A DNA stretch of 64,000 nucleotides from Balanoglossus misakiensis. Taxonomy: Eukaryota > Animalia > Hemichordata. The translations under genes were made by a program, and so were the position numbers. How positions within the stretch are numbered: position 1 is the stretch's first letter; each line of letters opens with the position of its first letter. The DNA lies in the NCBI GenBank assembly GCA_040954595.2, contig CM082584.2:5150110-5214109 (forward strand), given 5' to 3'. Shown one piece after another: positions 48,701-60,060 of the stretch. The notes under the pieces are model-generated. The model was not told the origin of the DNA. It worked only from the letters and a program-made list of their open reading frames with translations, and did no database searches.

Positions 48701-51700
48701 CAATTGGACGATATTTTAGAATATTTTAGGTAATGATGCTATTCCATACCTAGCGTCTATTATGTAAACAATACTTTCCGCAACCTTGAACCGGTGTCGT
48801 TTCTTGAAATTCTGGAACCTTAAAAGCATTTAAATCTACACACAAACGTCTACCAAGAATACATAACGTCTGCATCTGTAGTTTAAATGTAACAAAATAC
48901 AATCGCTTTTCTCTTACCATCCTCTGCAGTCCGCCCTGTGTAAACTGTACTCCACGGACTCTGTTCGTTCTTGTTGTAAAACGACACAAGTAGTTCGTAT
49001 TCAGTGTAGGAATACAATCCATCGATGACAAGAACACTGGAGTTGTGTCCTGTTAAAACCCTTTGTTCAAAGACAAAGTCATTAGTTGCGTTCGATTTTC
49101 TGTATTTCAGGATAACTCTGTCAATGTATCCGTCTGGGTTACACCTGACACTCGCTGGATTGGGTCTCTGCGAAACAAAGGTTGTCATGGAAATGATCAA
49201 TGACGACGCGCGTATACACCAGCAAATTGCTCTCCAGTCAAATGTTAGAGAAAGACAGTCGATGAGAGTTGGTGTGTGGCACACAACGTGAGTTGGTGTT
49301 TTGTGAAATTTGTCAACTCAGAATTGCAAATGATATTGTAATAAAGAAACAAATCATACATAAGGCAATAAACGATTGTATTCTATCAACAACTAGGGTT
49401 CTATTACCCGTCAGTTTGACAATTCTAATAAATTTACCCATTTCCATAACAACAATTCAGCAGTCCTGAAGGAAGATACTCAAAACATTAAATAGTATTA
49501 CCTGTATTGTGATCGTCAACAAATCAGAAAAGGCCGATGTTATATTTTCAATGACTGGTCCCGCTGTAGGCACTGAGGAGAAACGTGTGGAAGGGAGACT
49601 GAAATTTCTCAGATTATGAAGTTTCGAAATTCATTTTCGAAGTCAAAATGTTTTACTTTGTCCTGAATTATTCGAGAATTAAATTACAAAAATGTGTAGA
49701 TATATGGTTCGGGTGTTGCATTTTCGTCGCAACACGCGATTTGGAATTATCACCTGCGACCATATTCTCTGTACTCACCGTCACACTTGGTGATGACGGT
49801 GGTGTACGTTTCCTTGCTCCCCTCTCCCATTGGCCCTGGTCTCTTCACCGTCACTGTGACGTCATAACTAGTTGACCAATCCAGGAGTGGGATGACCGAG
49901 ACGTATCTCGACTTGTCCGGATCTCGTCCATCGATATTTTGATGAAATGTCCAATCACTGTCCGCAGTCTTTTTGTAGTAAACGTTGTATGCTTGTACAG
50001 GCCCGTCACCCACGTCATTGATTTCTGTCCACCGTTGCCAGGTTACCGTTGCCTTGCGTGCTTCTGTTGTTGCTTTGGGTGCGTTGCTTCTTGAAAATCT
50101 TGGCACAGCTGACAAAAGATCCAACAGATGAACAGGATGAGTACAACGAAAAAGGTATCACTGACCCTAATTTAATGCGAAGAGAAGGGATCGTCGCACC
50201 GCGTTTGTTTGTTGATAGACTTTTGAATTCACCCGCAAATCCCTGAAATTAGATAACTCTTAGAATGAACGAAGCAGCCCACCAGCGCGTAGACTGGGCA
50301 TGACAGCAACTGGAGATCCTAGTAGGTTGTGGCGACTGGGGTTTGCGTTGGTATGGGGCAACGTATTCTCATCACGGGGGGACACCAAAGCGGCGCGACG
50401 ACCGCTTCCCTTTATAAGCTACTATGTCAGTGTGCTGGTCTGACTGTAAAACACTACATACCATACAGTGTGACTGAGATTGACCTGGAGGCGCCGCTCT
50501 TCAGTGATAACACATATGTCCTGGCACTGGCGGCTGCAGTCACAGAGAAGTTAGCAACACGTGTGTATTTTCTGCTGACACTCAGTTCAGTCATGGGTAT
50601 AGATACGCCCGGATTTGATTGGTCCTTCAGAGTCAGTACACCTGACCACGTGAATGGGTTGCCCAACACTTCACACGTGACAAAGCTTTGTTCGCCCGGG
50701 TTAACTTTGATGTATTCCAAGGATTTAATTGCGGTCTTGGTGCCGTCTGCAAAAAGACGAATTAAAGGAATGTGACAGATGGGTTAGATGACTGGTTTGT
50801 AGAAAAGAGACTTTGGAAGCATGTCTGTTAGCATTCGTCTGCGGGTGCGCTGCTAGCAAGTAGAAGTAGTCGCAAAGTGCAACTGCTAAAATGTACACCA
50901 TTGCTAACAATGTGATTAGTTACCTTATATTACATTGTACATCATGGCAACGTTAACGATGACAAATGCTGCGTCTTTACTTGTTATCATCTAAGTTACT
51001 TTGCATAGGATGGCGATGCAATGTTTACAAACAGAAACGTCGCACATGCGAGTTTTAACGATCCTACCCTTTCGCAACGTCTGAACATTCCTGTAGACGC
51101 AACTTTGCATTCTTCAATAAAATACGCAGGTGCTGCTTCTTGCTGAATATGCTTTCAATACAACATGTAGATTCAGTCTATCATTTTTCAGGTGTACACC
51201 CAGAAGGTGAAGATACTTCTATATAATGACTAGCCACATTTAAATGTTTTTGTTATGAATCTTGAGTTCTGGCCGATGGCACTGTTATGATGTCCATCTT
51301 TTCAATGGTTTAGTGACCAGGTGTTCATGAATTATGTATTTTTGTTGGTATGCAAAAAAGCACGTACAATGCCACCTTGCCTTGCTGCTACTTGTACACT
51401 GGGGTAGTACGCCACGCTGTCTTAACGTTGATAAAATTTGTACCCGACCTCGTGTGTGTGTGTGTGTGTGCTACCTGCGTGCTTCCGTCAACCGTCCGCT
51501 TGGACTCAAGTTACAGCCTGAGGGACGCTACGTTCTGGTGGACTTTCCCGAAAATACCGTTCTTGGAATATTGGAAGATCCGTGAGTACACCCCCCTGAG
51601 GTCACGGTGAACGTCCTGCAATTGGGAGCTTCGTATGCGTGTATTCTGTGCGGACTATTCTAGACTTTGTGCGTTTACATCCCCGAGCTGGAAGTTTCAT

Positions 51701-54700
51701 CAACTTCTATTACTCGAACCCTTCGGGACAATATTGTGAGGTAATACGTGAGTGTTCCTTGCGAACTGTAACGCTGGTATTAGGCTATAACAAACCCAGT
51801 ACCGTTATTTTTAGCATAACTGATCAACGACAAACCATTACCAAGATAATGGATGTTTTGCTCCACACCATATGTGGCATGTTTGTACCACCTCCGATAC
51901 GATTCTGAGAATTCCCATGGCAACTGACCTTGTTGACAGTCATCGATGTCAATATTTATCCATCCAGGAGCGCACTTCCCGTTCGGGCAAACTCCGGTGG
52001 TCTTATCGCAAGCGGCATCATTTTCACAGTGACAGTTGTAATCACACAATTCGCCGTAGAACCCACGTGGACAGGATACTGGAACTGAAATGAATACAAA
52101 ATTAATTTCGTCTACTGCGCAGGTGTAGTTCTAAGCAAAAAGGCTTAACTGCTCTAGATGTGAATTAACGTAAATCACAGAAGATCAAACAATTACAACA
52201 CCCATACGAAGAAAAAAAAAATGATCGTCATTGGCAGGAACAAGAACATTTATGAGCATTTATCCAAATCAAAGATTTCATTCTGGGCACATACTGTTAC
52301 AATTGGATCCCGACCATCCTCGCAAACATCTACCACCACTGCACGCACCAGTTGCTTTATCACACTTAGATGCGCAGTGACATGTCTGTGTACAACCAGA
52401 GCCATACTTGCCATCTGGACAGTCTGAAATATATAACAACGGTCTCCATCAACAATTCGAGATACCCTATGAACGTCTTGTCTGTATTTAATGACATTTT
52501 CTGACTGTTCAATATGCATACAGACAAATGTATCACAAAATGTTGACTGGGCAATATGTGTCCGAATGAGCAGGATTAATAAATAAAATTCTTAAGACTT
52601 ATGTATTAACGCAGCTATTATCTGCTGTTATCACAATAGGATTATATTCTGAGCCAACTAGGGCAGAAAATTGGCGAGCTGGGATAAATGAAAATGCTTA
52701 AACTGGGATTTTACTATAACCCGAAACCTTCGGCAAAAGAGCTTACCTGTTTTACAGTCTAGTCCACCATAGGAGGCACTGCATGAACACCCATAAGGAT
52801 CAGCGATGCAAAACATTGATCCCCGACATGCATCAGGATTTCTACTAGAACATTTCAAGCCACACTCCATGCCCCATTTGTTCTTGCCACAAGCTGAAAA
52901 TGCAGACAGGTGTTCTTTAAATGAATAAATATTACGGTCCAGAGTAAACGACTTTCCAGATGGCAGTACATGTAATACTTGTATTGTCACACCAGTTGAG
53001 CAAAAGCTGTATGTAAATCGGTCAGCGTGTTGAAATAAATCAATTAATCAATACTGTAACTAACAGTAAATAGCAAAACTAACCGTTTTGACATTGGTGG
53101 CCTTTAAAACCAGGAGGGCAAATGCATTCACCAGTTTCAGAGTTGCATATTCCCCCGTTGTAGCAAGTTTGACACGTCTTCAAACAGTCTTGTAATCCCC
53201 ATTTACCAGTTGGACAATCTACAGATAGAGAAGTCAATAAGTTTTACATTCATTATATTCAGTTGCTTTGCTGTTGTGGGTTCCCATGCTGATGTTGCCT
53301 CTGGTGTCGGAAGTTGGTTTTGAAGAAAAACATACGCGGGTAACGTGAAGCACCGACTAGTCTTATACCTGTCAATCGGTTTAGGTGACTTCCACAACTG
53401 AAGCAGGCACGCGAAGGGACTACCATAGAGAACTGGCAACAGAAATTACCTCACCTCGAACGATTAGCCTTGTGATGCCGTGTTTTCCATTCTGGCGCTG
53501 TGTTTCAGTGGTGTAACACTCGTATATTCCTGCGTCACTGGTCTGGACGTGGCTCAAACTCGGACTACGCTGGCCGTTCCACTCGGGTTTCTCAATTCCA
53601 TCATGTCTCCATTTCAACTGGGTTTCCGAAGCCGAGGTCGTCATGGACAACGTCACATCGTCTCCCCATCCTACAGTCTTAGTCTGCTTGTCTGGTTTAA
53701 TTTCAGCTGCGTCAATTAAACGAACACGAGTTATGCTGGGTTTTATCGCATCATGCAGTAAATTGAAACGCCGGTTCCATTATCGTGTCCATATTGCGGA
53801 TCAAAAAATTGAACTTCTTCCAAATTTACCCACGATGAGACTGTGAAGCCCCTGAGCATTTTCATTAAGCCACATACAAATCCAGTTTGCATAAGTTGTT
53901 CTCCCATGGTAATCTCAAGAAAGATGGTTATGTGTACGTGTTCCAAAAATCACCGTACGGAAAAGAGGATGCGTGTTGTTATTTATCACAGTCCGCTAAA
54001 ACAAGAAACGGCCCGGGGGTTATTTAAAAATCATGCACAGTTTCAGAACGGGTCCAAACTGTGGGATCATATTTGCAATTATAGACAATTTTGTAGCATA
54101 TGTTACCTTGGCGTAACACCAGAACAGTTTGTAATCTCTCGCTCTGATCACCGACACCAGCCTCAGCGTAGTAGACTCCTGGCTTTCCAGCACCGGATGG
54201 TAAGTACAACCTTCTTGTAAAAGCATAAGAGTTTTTGAAGCTATGCCCTCTTGGCAGGTCATCACCTGTCCCCGTGTTGATCACTCGGCCGAAGGTGAAT
54301 TTGGTTCCTACGCTTGCTATGCTCGCACCAGCCGAATATCCACCGATGTAGCTCTTATCATTAATGTCTGGTGTTGCTTTGGAATTAAAGAAAGTTATAT
54401 CCAGCCGACCAACTGGGAAGAGAGAGGAGAGAGTGAGTGAGTGAGTGAGTGAGTGAGTGAGTGAGTGAGTGAGTGAGTGAGTGAGTGAGTGAGTGAGTGA
54501 GTGAGTGAGTGAGTGAGTGAGTGAGTGAGTGAGTGAGTGAGTGAGTGAGTGAGTGAGTGAGTGAGTGAGTGAGTGAGTGATTGAGTGAGTGAGTGAGTGA
54601 GTGGGGGTTTAATGAATGTAGAATTCAAAGGGACCTTTCAATGGGGGAGGGTCACACACTAAAACAACGCATCTCAGAGCGGGGTCCACATTTTACATAC

Positions 54701-57456
54701 CTATTCTAGCTTTGTGTTTAGAGCTTCGAATTAGAAAGTTCTAGACAAGATTCTGCTCAGTTTCTCCGGCATTAGAGTCGGTGTAGGTAGGGTTACACTG
54801 TTCTGGAAATGCTCAATGCATTTGGATTGGGAGGGAGTTTAAGTATATTTTTGATTGTGAGCACATCAAGACAGAAATCACTTGGACAGAACCTGATGAT
54901 AATTGCATTTCCCTTTCTTTCTGCGAATCAAATTTTATCTACTTGTCATCATCATTCCGGTATATGTTATTTATAAATCGTGTAAATCCTGTGACATTTG
55001 TTTCATCAAAATTCCAGTTTATATTTATCGGGAATACTTTGGAATTCGCTTTCGATCATTTCTAATTCTTGTAAGTTTATTTCACTTTCCTTTTTGGGTA
55101 GCGGATTATTGTTGGCTCAAGTGCCTTATACATCAAATCACACATGCCGCAATAAGTTGCTTTGTTGGGGCCAAACGCATGTATTCCATTTTATCAATGT
55201 TGGCGTACATACAAAATTCGTAAGTAAAAAACGATAAAATTGAAACTTCTAAATACATGAAAATTTTGTCAGTTGCGGTTGTTTAAAATATGACTGACAA
55301 CATCAGTTCATCCGGCGTCGTGACTTCTTGTTTATCGTTGTCTTTTATCATCAGGAAACTGTCTTGGGCAATAAAAAGCGAAAGCACAATGGCGCTGACC
55401 CAATTATATTTGTTTCAAACGTTAAGTTATATTACAGCATGAATTTATACTTAGTACCTGCTGTTTACCTTGACATATAACTCTAATTGTTTGCGGGGTT
55501 AGCCTTCATTAATTCTTTATCATTTTCTATATTTTCTTTTCTTGTTCGATTCGAACATATCATACAGACAAATTCTTGCGGTAAACTCATGTCGAAGCTT
55601 CATGTTTCACTTGCCCAAAATACAATGTTTTCGTGATATTTTTGCATACTATAAAATATATAAAAAAAACACCAAATATTGTACCACATAGGCCTGTAAC
55701 CGGATAAGTACAAGTGGTTTTGCACGTGGCACATAAATCAAATTAATCTGTCGCCACACTTCTGACCTTGACCTTGAATCGGAAACTTCAACGTCAAGAC
55801 TATCGTGTACTCAAACTCGGTCAATAAATGGACGGTATTATTCCCTTCAAAGTCAAGTACAAGCGAAATCACATAAAAGTTCACCTATACTGATGGCGAC
55901 TCGAAATAAAGTTATTATGAACGTATCGATATCAATATACATATCATAAATATCAATATTTGTATCCCGTACGCTTCTTAAAATCGAGTATATTAAACCT
56001 GGTCTGTGGACATCACCACGTGCGCTTATGAACAACGTTATGTCTACGCCCCCCCCCCCCCCCCATACACACACACAAACAAACACATTGCGTAACATGA
56101 ATCGCGCTCAAAGCAGTCTGTTTCCGAAAGTTTTCGGCCTTCGCTTTCGGGAAACAGGCCGTGTTCGTGGTAACTCCCATTCCTCTAGGCAGACAGACGT
56201 TATGTTATTACCCCCAATGGTCATACAATGTCATCCTGTGTCTGTGTGGTGATACATATACTTTCGTTTTCCCCCAATAAATGTACATCAAACACCCGTT
56301 CATTTATTTGGGGATACACCCATTTACTTTTGGGCTGAGTCGCGCATGGCAAAAACAAACGAAATTGCAGTATTTCTTATGTATATACATGTATGTGGCT
56401 ACCTGGCCACCAATACGGATTATATCACAGGAACATAAGAGAAATATTGCATTTTCCTTGTTTCTAACGTTTTTACCACCCATGAGTCTAAAAGTAAACG
56501 GGCATAGCCCAACTTAGATGAGCGCGTGTTGTTATCACACACAAAATTGGAAGGTGTCCTCATGAGAAATGATATACGATTTGATAAACCAGACGACAAC
56601 CTTGTAATAAATATTTATCTAATCTTATCTGCTGACCACACTGTATTGTTATTTCCCGTTGTCGACTTCCGCTTGTTCCAGGTATTTAAGATTTTATTAA
56701 AATTCGGACGACAGATAAACTTTCCACGGTGGAGTAACGAATTTCTGACTTTACTCTACAAGTAACTTTTACAGCATCAGATTGCATGAGCGATCTGGAA
56801 AGCATTCAATTGTTGATCTGTCCAAAAAATCAACTTACACTATGATGATTGTGACACCTCGGTTGTAAAATGTGTCCCTACAATGTCACCAAAGTAAATG
56901 TGTCATAAACACTCTTCGTGGTGTCACATTGTTCTCAAATGTTAACTTCCAAGTACATGTATAACATTATAACAAAAGGATGATACTCAAGCTATTTTTT
57001 GAAAATGCACTGTGATGGATGTGTTCTAGCAACACGATAATAAAAATTATAGCAACGTCTTCTAAGGCGCCGTCATTATTTACGGCCTTACTTCTGTACT
57101 TGTCCGAAATACTTTCTAAAGAGTCTAATGATTATGTCGGTCATGATGTTGTTCAATAAAGAAAATAGCATGCATTAATATGACGTCACAAATGCCGATT
57201 TAGGTAATACTTGGGTGTAAGTGGAATTTTAACTTTGCGAGTTTTTCTGATTGTTATGCTTTCATGGAAATGCCCAACAATACATAAAATAGCTACATGA
57301 GGATGATAATAAACTCCCGGAATGGGCTACTGAATTTACACAGTTTATCATAATAGCGTTGGTTTCTCAATAAAACTTCTGAGTTACGAAAGTGTCAACT
57401 TTACCTGTGATTGGAAGGAAAAGTGAGACGAGCCAGACTCCCGTTAACCTGTCCAT
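39788..57456 (-). CDS. Tie (angiopoietin receptor)-like ectodomain protein, ~32 exons, ~1,800 aa: signal peptide, Ig-Ig-EGF-EGF, then [EGF-EGF-Ig-FN3x4-RPTP-type juxtamembrane domain] twice; no TM or cytoplasmic domain seen
   Basis: Exon 57456-57405 (MDRLTGVWLVSLFLPIT); Ig exons ~54411-54107 and ~53698-53455; Tie-signature EGF exons (CYNGGICNSETGECICPPGFKG; MFCIADPYGCSC); module 1 ~52423-45966; module 2 ~45721-39878; last exon 39819-39788 GSAAGRQQCP*. Junctions checked are GT-AG and in phase. Confidence 0.8.
50183..50414. mobile_element. Kolobok-like non-autonomous element, copy 2
   Basis: Colinear similarity to 18007-18249, including TAGACTGGGCATGACAGCAACTG and the terminal inverted repeat. 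Confidence 0.65.
54430..54602. repeat. (GAGT)n microsatellite
   Basis: Directly visible, immediately upstream of the Tie-like exon 2 acceptor. Confidence 0.97.
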
Positions 57457-58249
57457 CGCTATTCGCGTCCTTGACTAAGTCTGGACGCTTTCAGTGGCGC
57501 CGAATATATGTCTATGCTTATATAGCTACTGCAGTTCATTTGATACGTTTGAGGTCTTTAGGAAACTACAAAAGGGGCGGCTAAGCCGGAAATTGCCAGA
57601 TGAATAACAAACATGTCAACAAAAATAATTCAATCGATACAGACACCGGGACCGATCCAGCTATGGTATTATAAATCATCAAACAGAATTTAACACAAAA
57701 AATCATACCGAATTTTGTATAATATTTATTTATTAATTTAATGGCAAATATAATAGTTCTTTTCGCCAAGCGTACCTGTTCATACTTAGGAATGATTATG
57801 TAATGACATTCAATGGTAAACAACCACTAGTCAACCTTGAAGAAATGTTTCTGACAAATTACGCATTGATTAGGTCTATGGTGTGATCTTTTAAAACGGA
57901 GTATAGCTTTTACACGTCACTGCGTACAATGTGATTTTGGCTCTGTCAGTACAATACAAATCAGCGAAACAGAAGCAGTCGAGGTGTTTCATTTCCCCAT
58001 GGAGGTTCCCCTAATATATTCGTAAGGGTGGTCATAGAATAGGTGCGTAAGTTGTGATAATGACCTATGAAACAATAAGATTTACATTTTCATCATAGTT
58101 TAGATATAGGCCTAAGGCCTATCATACTATGGATTCAAGCAGACTAGCATTTTCCAAAATCCCCTTTTTCACCAAATTGGCAAGACCCCTCCTATTAAAT
58201 TAATACATGTAGGCCTAGGCCTATTGACATTATAAGTTTTGCAGGTCTT

Positions 58250-58900
58250 CATGAGACTGCAGCTAAGCCCGGGGAGCCATGCACATGTCCGCTACTGTGA
58301 CCTTGACCTGTTTATACGTAGCCACGATTTGGCTGTGCGCTGTTCCTGAACAGTGTGCCCGGTGTGCGACCACCTGGGCTTCCGTGACATGCCGATAACA
58401 AGCCAGCATGCACCTGGCTGGCTGGCCTTGATGATGTTGGTACGTTTCATCTGTATTGCGCCTGCGCATACCGGGACGCTGTGGAGAACGCGAATACAGA
58501 ACAAACGAACAAACGAGCGCGTTATTTGATCTGTTGATCGCAGCCGTCGCTTCCTGCATTGACCTACAAAGCACAAAATTACATGATTTTTGCCCACTTT
58601 GCCAATGAAATTAGAAAGAATGGGAAATCCAGGATGAAGAGAATCTTAATGTACAAGGTGTGTGACAAAAACACGTGTTATATTTATTAACTGGCGGGCA
58701 ATTTTGCACGAAATGTTTTGTCGTAACATGCCTTGACACGGCCCCCTGTATTGATATTTGGCCAGATCGGTGACAATGTCCAGGTAAACGTAATTGTCTT
58801 AACTGTCAAGGTGGTCAAGTAGTGGCACGTAAAAACTTGTAATAACATGATATTTCTGGCGGTCGATATGATTTTCCTAACGGGAACCTCTTAGTTCAGA
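58250..58900. promoter_or_regulatory. CpG-rich putative promoter or 5' leader region of STIL, divergent from the Tie-like gene
   Basis: Local CpG enrichment; candidate donors at ~58440 and ~58783; acceptor at 60049 just upstream of the STIL ATG; E2F-like TGGCGGGCAA at ~58692. Confidence 0.4.
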
Positions 58901-60060
58901 CCGTGTTGGAGAAACGTGTAACGGGTATTGCATTTTCTGTCGTGGATAGTCCGCTTTCGCATCTTGACATCGTCTGTACATTGAAACACAACTTTTTGTG
59001 CGTGAAGGGCTTTAACAAGGACTGGATATTATTTCAATTTTATTCTGGTGTCGATGGTTTACCAAGGTATGTGTTATTTTATCGTAAACTTATTTACAGA
59101 ATGAAGTTTACTTCAGCGACTGGAATGTCATGAGTGTGTCATCACTATCACTACAGTTGTCAGTGCCACCAAGACGTAACATTTAAGTTTTCACAACACA
59201 CTTTATCTGATTTTCGCAAGTTATTGAACAAAAATACCGATATATGCTTCACCGATTTCTTTTCTGTTGGATAATTCCCCACAAATCAGTATTACTCTAA
59301 GTGCACCATGTACAAATGCATTGATTACATGTACACAGTCTGAGAAGTTGTTTTACTGAGTTCTGTTGCTGTTTGAATCAATATCAGCTTCTCCGTGGTG
59401 GAAAAGGGAATGAAACAGACCAGCAATGCAAATATCAGTTTTTGTATGGTTTCTAGATTTCCTGTGTACCTGTGTATTCACTAAAATACTGGCTTATTAT
59501 TGCATTTTTTGTGGTGTTTGATGTACATCCTCTGTCTGAAGGACAGTTATGGGGAGACAGTTCTTGTTGTCATTTCTCAGATTTGCTGTTTCCTGCTTAT
59601 AGTTAGTCAGCTTCCCTTCGGTATTATACACACATGACAATTAAATTTTTGGTCAGAATGGCAGAAATAAAACACATTTCTGTGTTAGAATGTACCAATG
59701 TGATATTGTTTATTTCGTACCTGTGAATTGTTTATGTAGATTGGCTCGTCATGACACCATGCATACAAAGACATCTGATATTCATGATACAAGTATCACA
59801 TTGTTCCCGGACTCAATGTCTTAATTAAAATGTCTACTTGTCACTATCTCTACACAATTTCTGATGTATTTGTCAACTATGAACAATTGTGAAATATACT
59901 TGTGATTTGGGAGTTGACAAATGTGTGGTCGTTCCTGTCAAAACATGTTGTACATATTCTTCTGTGTAGTGCTGCCCATGGTAACACATGCTGCTTGTCT
60001 GTGTACTGTAGCACTGCTAAGAGAATGTCTTTTTGTTTTTCTCACTCAGGTTGAAGGACA

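Noticed and set aside
54395-54628. (LTHS)n ORF
   Set aside because: Translation of the (GAGT)n microsatellite.
58263-58597. ~100-aa minus-strand ORFs in the CpG-rich region
   Set aside because: No recognisable domain and non-ATG starts; GC-rich promoter DNA commonly gives open frames.
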